A stretch of DNA of 64,000 nt from Nitrososphaerota archaeon (GCA_028867755.1 JAGWFT010000002.1:160001-224000), one strand, 5' to 3'. Shown: positions 19,320-28,759, numbered from the stretch's first letter. Numbers and translations: made by a program. Notes: a model not told the origin generated them from the sequence alone.

Positions 19320-20016
19320 GCGTCGCTTACTTGGGCAGCACTTTCTAACTTCAAATTCTGTTGCAAAGTCTATCGTTAATCTTGCAGCCATTAAACGAGA
19401 TGATATTGTTCTTGAAGTGGGAACCGGAAAGGGAATACTGATTCCGTATCTGTGTAGAAAAGCAAAAAGAGTAATCTCTGTTGAAAAGGATTCTGGGCTT
19501 TACAAGGATGCAAAGGCCAAGTTTTCTGCCACTTCTAATCTGTCTTTAGAACACGGTGATGCCTTTGAGATGGATGATCTTGATTTTACTGTATTTGTCT
19601 CAAATCTACCCTATTCAGAGAGCCGAAATGCCATAGAATGGCTTGTACAACAGGAGTTCTCTCATGCAGTAATAATGGTCCAGAGTGAATTTGCCCAAAA
19701 ATTGCTTGTAGGGGAGGGAAAGAACAGACGGGCAGTTTCTGTGATTGCTAGGTATTGCATGGAAATGAAAAAAATCATGGATGTCAAAAAAACCAACTTC
19801 CAACCTAGGCCAAATGTTGATTCAGTAGTAATCTATCTAAAACAAAAACAAAAGATATCAAAAGAGGTCATAGCAGCTACTAACAAGCTCTTTTCCTTTA
19901 AGAGAAAGACCATACGAACTATTGCACGAAAATTTGACCTGACTGTAGATTCTGATAAAAGACTAGAAGATCTATCTGATGGAGAGATAATTGAGATTGC
20001 AAAAAAAGTCATTTGA
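19306..20016 (+). CDS. ksgA: 16S rRNA (adenine-N6)-dimethyltransferase KsgA/Dim1
   Basis: LGQHFL, LEVGTGKG, VSNLPY, MVQSEFA, FQPRPNVDS. Confidence 0.92.
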   Translation: MSENKRRLLGQHFLTSNSVAKSIVNLAAIKRDDIVLEVGTGKGILIPYLCRKAKRVISVEKDSGLYKDAKAKFSATSNLSLEHGDAFEMDDLDFTVFVSNLPYSESRNAIEWLVQQEFSHAVIMVQSEFAQKLLVGEGKNRRAVSVIARYCMEMKKIMDVKKTNFQPRPNVDSVVIYLKQKQKISKEVIAATNKLFSFKRKTIRTIARKFDLTVDSDKRLEDLSDGEIIEIAKKVI

Positions 20017-20530
20017 TGATTACTACAGGCCAGCAGAAGATACATTCTTTCTTGCCAATTATATCCAAAATGAAAAGGGAAGTACAGCACTTGATATTGG
20101 CACAGGGTCTGGTTTTCTTGCAAAAATTCTATCTGACAATTTCAAACTTGTAGTATCAACTGATATCAACTTTAATGCATTAAAAAAAGCTCACGAGATT
20201 GTAGAAAATTGCATTTGCTGTAATGCTGCAGACGCCCTGAATTGCAATTTTGATTTAATAGTATGTAACTTGCCATATCTGCCATCTGATCAAATCATTG
20301 ATCCTGCAGTAGATGGACTAACAGAGGGGCTTGATGTTACTACAAATATAATAAAATCAGCAAGTAATGTAGTCAAGCAAAAAGGCAAGCTGGTATACCT
20401 AACATCATCTCTTGCAAACTATACAGAATTAATGAAAAGGACTGAGAGCCTTGGTTTTTCTATAAAAATAATTGCAAAAAAGAAACTGTTCTTTGAAGAA
20501 CTAGTGCTTGTAGAATGTATCAAACTCTAA
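19991..20530 (+). CDS. HemK2/Mtq2-like SAM-dependent methyltransferase
   Basis: YRPAEDTFFL, LDIGTGSG, CNLPYLP (NPPY-like), DG..EG. Confidence 0.85.
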   Translation: MRLQKKSFDDYYRPAEDTFFLANYIQNEKGSTALDIGTGSGFLAKILSDNFKLVVSTDINFNALKKAHEIVENCICCNAADALNCNFDLIVCNLPYLPSDQIIDPAVDGLTEGLDVTTNIIKSASNVVKQKGKLVYLTSSLANYTELMKRTESLGFSIKIIAKKKLFFEELVLVECIKL

Positions 20531-20570
20531 ATCTATCTCAAAGCGAATAAGCATTACGTATAAGATATGA

Positions 20571-21494
20571 GTGGGGTTTATCTCTAAAATGGTTGTATTG
20601 TATTCATTGAAACTAAGGTATGTGGGGTATGGTATTGTACCAATACTTGCCTGTCTTTTCATGTTGACAGGAAGTGCATATGCGTCGGACGCTCAGGTAG
20701 TAATTGTCAATGGGACATCAAACCACTGCCTGCCGTATCTCTCATGCTACAAGCCTTTTGAGATAGACGTGACTCCAGGCTCTACTGTTACATGGATAAA
20801 CAATGATAACAGAACCCATACTGTTACAACAGGAACATCAAATTATGGTCCTATGGGATTATTTGATAGCGGACAAATACTTCCAGGTCATTACTTTACA
20901 CAGTTCTTTGGTACAATAGGAAAATACCCATATTACGATAAGACAGACATGTGGCCTTCCGGAGTAGTTGTTGTAAATAATGAAGGTCCAACTCATGCCG
21001 AGCTTGGATGGATTAACGGTTCACTTTTGATAACTAGAGAAGGCAATCAGAGTCCAACACTTGTGATGACAAAACAGATTAAAAATACAGGAGGCACTGA
21101 TGCAAACTCGATAATTTTCAGATTACGCATACTTAACGACAGTGGATTTCTCTTTTATGACAACATCACTACTGAAAATATACCAGCAAAGCAGGTATCT
21201 CCAGTAACATTTGCATGGAACGACCCGCAACCTGGAAAGTACAGGTTGAATTTTGAAGCAGCAGCTGACAATCTTATCGGACAGAACAATGCAAGTGGAG
21301 GCTATACATACGACATCATTTCCATTCCAAAGATTAACGTAGGCCAAGAACAAAATCTGGCATCAGAAAACTTTACACTAAATGGAAATGCAACAGTTCC
21401 AGAATTTGGCCCGCTGTCTTATGTGATCTTGATATTTGCAGTCTCCTCCGTTCTAGTGGTATCTACTCGCTCTAGACTTAACGCTAGAATTTAA
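20571..21494 (+). CDS. Secreted plastocyanin/cupredoxin-fold protein with PEFG-CTERM anchor; type-1 copper ligands degenerate
   Basis: PGSTVTWINNDNRTHTVT, FDSG, PGHYF..F...G.YPYY; C-terminal VPEFG plus TM helix plus basic tail. Confidence 0.8.
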   Translation: MGFISKMVVLYSLKLRYVGYGIVPILACLFMLTGSAYASDAQVVIVNGTSNHCLPYLSCYKPFEIDVTPGSTVTWINNDNRTHTVTTGTSNYGPMGLFDSGQILPGHYFTQFFGTIGKYPYYDKTDMWPSGVVVVNNEGPTHAELGWINGSLLITREGNQSPTLVMTKQIKNTGGTDANSIIFRLRILNDSGFLFYDNITTENIPAKQVSPVTFAWNDPQPGKYRLNFEAAADNLIGQNNASGGYTYDIISIPKINVGQEQNLASENFTLNGNATVPEFGPLSYVILIFAVSSVLVVSTRSRLNARI

Positions 21495-22523
21495 TTATTT
21501 TCGCAACTTTTGTTTTGCAATCTCTGCAATTGTTTCTGCCATTTTTGTAGTTGTAGCACTCCCACCAATGTCAAATGTTACAGATTTGCCTTCATTGATG
21601 ACTTGTTCTGTAGCTGCAAAGATTGCGTCCTTTATGTGGGCCTCCCCTAGGTATTCAACCATCCAAGCACCAGATAATATTGCAGCAGTCGGATTTACCT
21701 TGTTTTGACCCTTGAAGGAAGGGGCACTTCCATGTGCAGCTTCAAACATGGCAAACGAGTCTCCCATGTTTGCCGAATATACTAATCCTATTGACCCAAT
21801 TATGCCTGACGCAAGCTCAGATATGATATCCATGAACAGGTTGGTGCTTACAAGAACAGCTCCGTTGAATTGTTCTGGTTTTATGACCAGTTGCTGAGTC
21901 ATGTTGTCAATATACAATTCTTCTATTGCTATGCCAGGATTTACCTTGGCTGCTTTTTCAATCTCTTCCCAAAAAATTCCATCTGTAACTTTTAGTATAT
22001 TTCTCTTGGTTATGGCTACAACTTTTCTCATGTTGTATCTTTTTGCCCATGAAAATGCAGAATTGATGAATCTACCAGATCCCTGTCTTGTAATCTTTCT
22101 TATTGCTATTGCAGCATCATTTGATATTTTAAATTCAATTCCTGTGTAAAGACCTTCAGTGGCTTCTCTGAAACAAACAAAATCAAGCGATCTGTCTGGG
22201 GTTATTCTTTTGTATGTCTTGATGGGTCTGATGTTAGAATAAAGTTCAAATTTTTGGCGTAGCGTGACTGCAACACTTCTTGGTGCATTTGGTTTTGGAA
22301 TTGTTGTGGTGGGTCCCTTGAAGCACGCATCAGAGTCTTCCAGTATATTCATGGTAGAATCAGGAATGTATGTCTCTCCGCCATGTTTTTCCCATTGCTC
22401 AGAGCCTGCATCACATAAAATTAATTCAGTCTGAGTGTTGCATAATTTTAAGACATGTAGCATTGCGTCTACTATTTCAGGTCCTATACCGTCGCCTCTT
22501 ATCACAGCAGCTTTTTTACCCAA
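21495..22523 (-). CDS. Isocitrate/isopropylmalate dehydrogenase family protein
   Basis: GDGIGPEI, KGP, LRQKFELYSNIRP, REATEGLY, TNLFMDIISEL, FEAAHGSAP, NPTA; substrate not resolvable from sequence. Confidence 0.88.
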   Translation of the reverse strand: MGKKAAVIRGDGIGPEIVDAMLHVLKLCNTQTELILCDAGSEQWEKHGGETYIPDSTMNILEDSDACFKGPTTTIPKPNAPRSVAVTLRQKFELYSNIRPIKTYKRITPDRSLDFVCFREATEGLYTGIEFKISNDAAIAIRKITRQGSGRFINSAFSWAKRYNMRKVVAITKRNILKVTDGIFWEEIEKAAKVNPGIAIEELYIDNMTQQLVIKPEQFNGAVLVSTNLFMDIISELASGIIGSIGLVYSANMGDSFAMFEAAHGSAPSFKGQNKVNPTAAILSGAWMVEYLGEAHIKDAIFAATEQVINEGKSVTFDIGGSATTTKMAETIAEIAKQKLRK

Positions 22524-22633
22524 AACAGGCGAGCTTGCAGATCCAGTATATTTAACTCTATAGAAATTTTTCTTGGAATAAGATCACAGAAAATCCCAAA
22601 CCTTAAACCATAATTCTCTGATGATATAATTAT

Positions 22634-23380
22634 ATGAAAATAGTTCAAATCTCAGACATTCACGTAGGAGGACAATTCCAAGAGGATGTCTTCGATCAAG
22701 TGGTATCTGAAGTCAATGAACTCAGGCCTTCTGCTATTGTAGTAACAGGTGATCTAACTAACGAGGGCTTGCTCAAGGAATATGAAAAATGCAAGAAAAA
22801 ATTTGCAGAGTTTGAGACCAACAGGATAATTGCAGTAAGTGGTAACCATGATTATAGAAACACAGGATATCTCTTGTTCAAAAAATTCTTTCCTATAGAC
22901 TCTGTAAACGAGCTTGATGAAGATACTATACTTGTAACTATTGGAACTGCAAGGCCTGACAGGGATGAAGGCGAGGTTGGGTACAGGCAGAACCTCTGGC
23001 TTGAGCGTACCATGAAAAAATATGAAGGTAAGACAAAGATACTTGCCATGCACCATCACCTGATTGGTGTGCCAGATACAGGCACTGACAGGGTTACAGT
23101 GATTGATTCTGGTGATGTATTGCGTACTGCACTTGCAAGCAAGATAGATTTGGTAATTTGTGGCCACAAGCACAGGCCGTGGTTTTGGCATTTTGGACAT
23201 TTGACTATTGCTAATGCCGGTACTGCATCATCTGAAAGGATGAGAGGTCTTTTTGCAAATACCTACAACATAATTACTATTGAAAAAGGCAAGATCAAAG
23301 TAGACCTTAAAATCGTTGGTGGCAAAAGAATGTCACTAAAAGACCTTGTTGAAAACTACAAGCGTTTTGGTGAAGAATAG
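22634..23380 (+). CDS. Calcineurin-like metallophosphoesterase (Icc/CpdA-like)
   Basis: DIH, TGDL, GNHD, HHH and GHKH motifs. Confidence 0.9.
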   Translation: MKIVQISDIHVGGQFQEDVFDQVVSEVNELRPSAIVVTGDLTNEGLLKEYEKCKKKFAEFETNRIIAVSGNHDYRNTGYLLFKKFFPIDSVNELDEDTILVTIGTARPDRDEGEVGYRQNLWLERTMKKYEGKTKILAMHHHLIGVPDTGTDRVTVIDSGDVLRTALASKIDLVICGHKHRPWFWHFGHLTIANAGTASSERMRGLFANTYNIITIEKGKIKVDLKIVGGKRMSLKDLVENYKRFGEE

Positions 23381-23430
23381 GTAAATTATCTACCAAGATT
23401 AATTAACAGTTTAAATTTCAGCACATCTGT

Positions 23431-23514
23431 GCGGGGGTCGCCTAGCCTGGTAGGGCGTGGGATTGCTAATCCCATGTCCGCAAGGACCCGTGGGTTCAAA
23501 TCCCACTCCCCGCG
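23431..23514 (+). tRNA. tRNA-Ser (anticodon GCU), no encoded CCA
   Basis: Acceptor GCGGGGG/TCCCCGC, anticodon arm TGGGA-TTGCTAA-TCCCA, long variable arm GTCC-GCAA-GGAC, T arm GTGGG-TTCAAAT-CCCAC, discriminator G; TTTAAA upstream and a T-run downstream. Confidence 0.96.
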
Positions 23515-23572
23515 CTTTTTGCGATCTATAACACTTAGACTTAATAAACCGAATTTGAGATTCTTTCCAATA

Positions 23573-23734
23573 ATGGTAAGGCGAAAAACAGTAAAACCAA
23601 GAACAAGTGGTCCAAAGAACATTACAACAGGTTTGTGTCCAAAGTGTGGGACAATAGGCAAAATTTTGATTATAGGCGTGATTGGCAGCGAGAAAGGCAA
23701 GTGCCAAGCATGCAATGGCGAATTTGACCTGTAG
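23573..23734 (+). CDS. Small Zn-ribbon protein (53 aa)
   Basis: MVRRKTVKPRTSGPKNITTGLCPKCG...KCQACNGEFDL with two CxxC pairs; 3' part of the ORF-track frame 23429..23734. Confidence 0.6.
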   Translation: MVRRKTVKPRTSGPKNITTGLCPKCGTIGKILIIGVIGSEKGKCQACNGEFDL

Positions 23735-23806
23735 CAAAATACTGACAAAACCCTCAACAAAATAAACCATAAATTTTTAAGATCAGATCTAGCGCAGACT
23801 GGGTAT

Positions 23807-23980
23807 ATGTCACAAGGTGCAGAAGAATCCATTTACGAACGAGTAGCTAGGCTTGAAGATGAAGTAGCAACACTTCGACACGAAGTGGATATCATAAAAG
23901 GTACAATGAGAAACAAGATTGTACGATATGAACACAGACTGATAAAGAAAGGAAATGACGTTAAATCAATTATTGATTAG
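23807..23980 (+). CDS. Small hypothetical coiled-coil protein (57 aa, not in ORF track)
   Basis: MSQGAEESIYERVARLEDEVATLRHEVDIIKGTMRNKIVRYEHRLIKKGNDVKSIID*; fills the intergenic gap. Confidence 0.55.
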   Translation: MSQGAEESIYERVARLEDEVATLRHEVDIIKGTMRNKIVRYEHRLIKKGNDVKSIID

Positions 23981-24791
23981 CTTTTTCCTTTATACTTCTT
24001 ATCAAATCTAAAACATAATCAACATCATTTGCTTCAGGTGCCAATTCCAAGTATTGCTCAAGTGATTGTATAGCAGATTCGTTTTGAAGCAGTCGTGACT
24101 GGATGATTCCCTTGTCTCTGATCTCTTCTGGCGAATCAGGGGCAAGCCCTAGAACCATGTTTATGCAATGCATGGCCATCTTGTAATTAAAAGACTGCAT
24201 ATAGGAATTTTTTAGATTGTTTGTAATCCGAATCAATATTTTTTCTGGCTCTATCTCATTTAGGTAGTCTGGGCTGAACTGGATACCGCTGCCATATGTG
24301 GTATCAAGTATCTCCTGCAGATCCTCAACATCTAACAGAATGCCTCCGTTGAAAGGATCAAGTATCATCTCTTCTGAATATTTTACCAAAAAGTGTCCTG
24401 GAAAACCAACAGGTCTTAGGTCTAGTCCTATGTGGGTGCCAAGCTGGCTGTAAATTATTGATAGAGTAATTGGTATGCCGCTTTGCTTGTCAATTACTAC
24501 ATTTAGAAAGTTGTTCCTAGGGTTGTAATAATCATCACTATCGCCATGAAAACCAAGATTATCAAACATGTATTCATTTAACATAGAGATAAGATACGTT
24601 GGATTTTTCACATCCGAAACAGAGTTTCGCAGCTCTTCTCCCATGAAATTTAATTTTTGAATATAGTGATTCAGATCAAGATCGGGAAATTCTAGTGTCT
24701 GGGCAAGCTTTAGGCATTTTTCCACAAGTGAGTATTGCGGACTCTTTGCATAAGTAATCCATTCTGCTACAAATGGATCAAAATCGCTCAT
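23970..24791 (-). CDS. SirB1-family (transglutaminase-like) protein with C-terminal TPR
   Basis: LGFHGDSDDYYNPRNNFLN, GIPITLSIIY, FPGHFLV, DPF; TPR-like EEIRDKGII...LEQYLELAP. Confidence 0.85.
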   Translation of the reverse strand: MSDFDPFVAEWITYAKSPQYSLVEKCLKLAQTLEFPDLDLNHYIQKLNFMGEELRNSVSDVKNPTYLISMLNEYMFDNLGFHGDSDDYYNPRNNFLNVVIDKQSGIPITLSIIYSQLGTHIGLDLRPVGFPGHFLVKYSEEMILDPFNGGILLDVEDLQEILDTTYGSGIQFSPDYLNEIEPEKILIRITNNLKNSYMQSFNYKMAMHCINMVLGLAPDSPEEIRDKGIIQSRLLQNESAIQSLEQYLELAPEANDVDYVLDLIRSIKEKANQ

Positions 24792-25978
24792 ATTCTTTTA
24801 AGATAACTTTCAGGATTTTTGAGCTCTCTTGTTGTAGGAGGATTGCTAATCAGTGTCTTGTATGTGTCTTTTCCAAGCTTACCTGACACATATTCTGTGA
24901 AATCCATTCCCATGCTCTTTCTTACCTGATATGAGGATATGTCTGTGTTAGCAAACGTTACCAAGTAGTTGTGAAAGTCTCTGTCATCTTTTAGGATGCT
25001 TCTGACTGCAAACTCTGCCATTCCTTCCATCATTGTAAATGCCGCATGGTGAGTTTGTATGGGCTTGAGCCATCTTTGATAAATGTCTAGAAGTTGTGGA
25101 ATTATTTCTAGTATCTTTGGGTCAACTGATACATTTGTAAATGTCATCACATCAGGACCAAGAACTTTTACAATAAAATTATCAGGATTCAAAGTGAAAA
25201 AGAGATTCGCCCTCTGCGTTATTGGATATTCCTCTGGAACAGGAGGAAGCTGCAAGTATTCATAGAGTTCTTTTATTTTGGAGCTATCTAATGCAAGTAC
25301 TATGTTTGCAAGTTCTTCGTTTATCTCATTTACTGTAGTTACTGCATTCTTGTTTGTTTCATAGAGATTTTTTTGCACAGAGTGAACTTGCTCTTCTAAT
25401 ATGGTCATCTTCAAAGCTCCAAGGTAGCCTGAATTTACTTGCTGATAATTAGATTCGTATGGAGCTCCCTGCTTGTGCAAAATTATTTTCGGATAGCTTG
25501 AGAGTACAAATCTGTTTAGGTATATTGTTGACTCGTAAAAGTCTCCATATGTAGTAGATATCTGCGAGATGTACCCTTTGGCATATGTAGAATATACTAA
25601 AAATTGTGAAGTATTACTCTTTGCAAGCTGGGCTATTTTCTCTGTATTTTCATGTGCTATTGCAGTGAACAGTTCATCTACAAACAAAGCCGAGTTTTGT
25701 GTAGGGAATACCTTGCGACCTTTGAGGCGCTTGAATTCTATCAAATCTGGAAACTCTACTTTGACTGTGTCTGAAACCAAGATTCCGGTAAACTGGAGGA
25801 CTTTTTGGGCACTCTCAGAAAACAGCCTCTCTGATATCGTCTTGATGTCCTCAAAAGATATCTTTGAGGCAAAGACCTCGGTAGCCTTTGATTGTGATTC
25901 TTTTATTGTATTTTCCTCGCTTAATTCAACTGAAATCTGGTCCAAAAGTGCAAAGGCAAATTCCTCAAACTCGTCCAT
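24788..25978 (-). CDS. Hypothetical protein, zincin-like (DUF2342-like) with an altered metal motif
   Basis: ILEEQVHSVQ and MMEGMAEF resemble HExxHxxQ...EGxA(D/E); C-terminal YQVRKSMGMDF and PPTTRELKNPESYL resemble the family's Y..G..F and PT..E...P..W. Confidence 0.5.
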   Translation of the reverse strand: MDEFEEFAFALLDQISVELSEENTIKESQSKATEVFASKISFEDIKTISERLFSESAQKVLQFTGILVSDTVKVEFPDLIEFKRLKGRKVFPTQNSALFVDELFTAIAHENTEKIAQLAKSNTSQFLVYSTYAKGYISQISTTYGDFYESTIYLNRFVLSSYPKIILHKQGAPYESNYQQVNSGYLGALKMTILEEQVHSVQKNLYETNKNAVTTVNEINEELANIVLALDSSKIKELYEYLQLPPVPEEYPITQRANLFFTLNPDNFIVKVLGPDVMTFTNVSVDPKILEIIPQLLDIYQRWLKPIQTHHAAFTMMEGMAEFAVRSILKDDRDFHNYLVTFANTDISSYQVRKSMGMDFTEYVSGKLGKDTYKTLISNPPTTRELKNPESYLKRI

Positions 25979-26176
25979 TCCAATTTTGATAACCTAAACC
26001 AATTTAACATTAACTTTGGCATCAAACATTGCTAAAAGATCAAAAAAGGCAGCAAAGCTATTAGAAATATTACAAAATGGCTCAAAACAGCATGTTACCA
26101 GTACACAACTCAGGCAAGGGCATGCTAAAGTCTAAGTTACAAAAGCATTATCTTTCTGTTTTGATAATAAAAAACA

Positions 26177-26926
26177 ATGCAGTCAAACTGCTCTAGTCTT
26201 GATTTTGGTGCTATCAAGAACTCTTTTCTGTTTTACAAGACCGTAACAAGCCAGTACAAAAACCCTCAAGTATTAAGGTCTGTCAGGGAATTGATACCTA
26301 AAGATGTACTGGAGGCAGACTTGGTTCCATCACTTTTGAAGTGGTTCAAGGGTTTTATGACCTGGACTCCAAACCAAATTGTCTGCGACAAATGTAACAC
26401 AGGAGACAAGATGCAAGTTACGATACAAACAGGAAATACTTGGATGATACGCAAAACAGAGGTTCATACTTGCAGTAAGTGTGGAACAGAGAAGATAATT
26501 CCAAGATACAATGACGTGTTGAAAATTGCCAAGACAAGATATGGAAGATGCGGTGAATGGTCCATACTTTTTGGCGCCATCCTAAATTCATTATCTATTG
26601 AATCTAGAATTGCATATGATTACCTTGATCACTGCTGGAATGAGATACTTGTTGATGGCAAGTGGTTTCATGCAGATTCTACGTTTGAATATCCATATTC
26701 GTTTGATAATCCTCACTATTACGAACGAAACTGGAAGAAACAGTACGTCTATGTCATTGCATTCTCGCCAGACAAGATAGAAGACGTTACAGGCAGATAC
26801 ACAGAACAATGGGACACAGTTTTGTTACGAAGAAAGAGCTTGGGCCAGTCTGGAAGTGTCAATGTAAGCTCCATTGACGACCTTCAGAATTTTTACACTA
26901 CTATACAATCACTTTATAGCAATTAG
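26177..26926 (+). CDS. Peptide:N-glycanase (Png1/NGLY1)-like transglutaminase-core protein
   Basis: LLKWFK..F, CDKC and CSKC Zn pairs, PRYND, TRYGRCGEW (catalytic Cys), R...DYLDHCWNE (His), WFHAD (Asp), YYERNW.K...YVIAFS.D.IEDVT.RY. Confidence 0.85.
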   Translation: MQSNCSSLDFGAIKNSFLFYKTVTSQYKNPQVLRSVRELIPKDVLEADLVPSLLKWFKGFMTWTPNQIVCDKCNTGDKMQVTIQTGNTWMIRKTEVHTCSKCGTEKIIPRYNDVLKIAKTRYGRCGEWSILFGAILNSLSIESRIAYDYLDHCWNEILVDGKWFHADSTFEYPYSFDNPHYYERNWKKQYVYVIAFSPDKIEDVTGRYTEQWDTVLLRRKSLGQSGSVNVSSIDDLQNFYTTIQSLYSN

Positions 26927-28198
26927 GACTTTTGTGATGTATCAACTGATCTTTGTTTTCCAGGCTTTAGGAAAAATGCACAAGTTATGATTGCTCCGGA
27001 ACACAACTCAATTGCAGTGAAACTATAAAACGGCAACGCATAACTTATTGTGAAAAGTATTGCCCCTATGATTGTTCCAGCAGACGCTGACACATTTCTT
27101 AATACGTCATATACAGCAAATAGTGCTGGTCTTTTCTCTCTTGGTGTCAGCTCAATTTGAAGAGCCTCATGTGTTGGGCCATAATTTACGCCTGTTGCAA
27201 TCATTGCAAGCAATATTGCAAGTATCCACCAAAATGAATGCTCTAGTATAAGAAATATCGAGAGCGGGGCTGTCGTGATGACAGACAGCAATAGTATCTT
27301 TCTCTTGTCAAACCTGTCTGAAACAATTCCAAGTGGTGTTCTAACTAGATTTGCAAACAAGATCTGCATGCTCAGTATTATTCCCCACTGGAAGCTGTCA
27401 AGCTTTGCAATGGTGATGCCATAAAATATCAGGTAAGGGCCCATTATCGAATTTGCTACAATAACTAGTATGTAAGCTGAAAGCAATGGAATCAGTGCTT
27501 TTGGTAGCGTAACAAGATTGGACCAGAAATTCTTTGAATGGTAAAATACCGATTCAAAAGACTCTGGATTTTTTCTATTGTGTAACAGTGATTGTTCTGG
27601 TTTCACATGTAACGGTTTTAGCTCGTTTTCACGCAAGAACTTGACTAGCAATATGGTAGAAATTGGTGATATCATAAGTGCTATTATTGCTCCAAGCCTG
27701 AATCCGTCTACTGCTCCCATTGTGTAAACTAGGTATCCGCCCACAAGGGGTGCAAAGATGGAGGGTATGGTGGTAAGTGTTTGGTAAAGTGAGAGCTGAG
27801 CAGTCCTATTTTTTTGTACTGTGGCATCAGCTACTAGTTGTCGCCAAGCAGTAGAACTGATTCCCCCTATTGCTCCAATCAATATTGGAATTGAAAGCAC
27901 GGCCCAGCTGTTTGATAGGTAATAACCAAAAAGTATGGCAGGTCCTATCCATGATGTCATGATTGCAATCTTTTTGAGATTGTGCCTTCCAGTAATGACT
28001 CCGCCTGCAATAGTTGATGGTATTCCAATGAGTGTTGCAAATGTAGCAATTATTCCATACTGGAGGACTGTTCCACCAAGTGAGGTAAAGTAGATTGGTA
28101 GAAATGATAGTGCAATGTTGCCTATGCTTCCAATTGAAGTGGCAATAACCAGTACTGCAATGTTTCCCCTTGGAATGATCTCTTTCGTATTATTACAT
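26923..28198 (-). CDS. Major facilitator superfamily transporter; 5' start apparently out of frame by 1 nt
   Basis: MFS motifs GIVSDRFDKRK and RPALFAVYD. The frame stays open ~78 codons upstream of the ORF-track ATG (27960), encoding IAVLVIATSIGSIGNIALSFLPIYFTSLGG..., but the ATG at 28198 is followed by TAA (ATG-T-AAT-AAT-ACG). Confidence 0.75.
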
Positions 28199-28274
28199 CT
28201 GCACTAAATTCTTCTTTAATCTGTTGGGTTGTAATTTTTTGTAAATGAAATTGTTATGTGTCAAAAAAAGGTGT

Positions 28275-28291
28275 ATACCGGGGGTGGGTTT
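28275..28291 (+). repeat. 17-bp direct repeat of the tRNA-Met 3' end (att-like site)
   Basis: ATACCGGGGGTGGGTTT is identical at 28275-28291 and 31828-31844. Confidence 0.9.
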
Positions 28292-28414
28292 AGCTAAATT
28301 AATTTAATACCCTAACAAATTACTGCCTTAATTTCTTATTTTTAGACGTGCGTTACCTATCTTAAACTACCTCTAGATTTAATGGACATCCTGCTATTAA
28401 ATCAAAATATGAAA

Positions 28415-28759
28415 TTACCTTTGCCACATCATGCCATGATAGGTGAAGTTGTTACTCATCATCCATGGACCCATGTACTGATTCTGAAAGTTAGGATTAC
28501 TCATCATACTATACATGAAATCTTTGTTTTGAAACATGTAGTTATACATCTGCTGTCTTAGTTGAGGATCTTGCATCATATATCCCATGTACTGACCTGC
28601 AAACTGTGGATTTCTACCCATCATTTGATTGAAAATTGAAGGGTTTTGGTACATCATTGTATATGGGTTGTAGGTGTTCAGGAAAACTGCGTAACCAATT
28701 CCAATGCCCGCAACAAATACTCCAACTGTAATGCCGATCCAAACGTATCGATTGATCAT
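28415..28759 (-). CDS. Membrane-anchored Met/Gln/Asn/Tyr-rich protein
   Basis: N-terminal TM helix; 18 Met in 114 aa with repeated MM..NP/DP and QYMG units. Confidence 0.7.
   Translation of the reverse strand: MINRYVWIGITVGVFVAGIGIGYAVFLNTYNPYTMMYQNPSIFNQMMGRNPQFAGQYMGYMMQDPQLRQQMYNYMFQNKDFMYSMMSNPNFQNQYMGPWMMSNNFTYHGMMWQR

Noticed and set aside
23386-23832. ORFs of 101-148 aa overlapping tRNA-Ser
   Set aside because: They read through the tRNA; only the 3' Zn-ribbon part (23573..23734) looks coding.
25990-26176. Possible small ORF or ncRNA between the zincin-like and PNGase-like genes
   Set aside because: No start-to-stop frame of convincing length and no recognisable RNA structure or C/D boxes.
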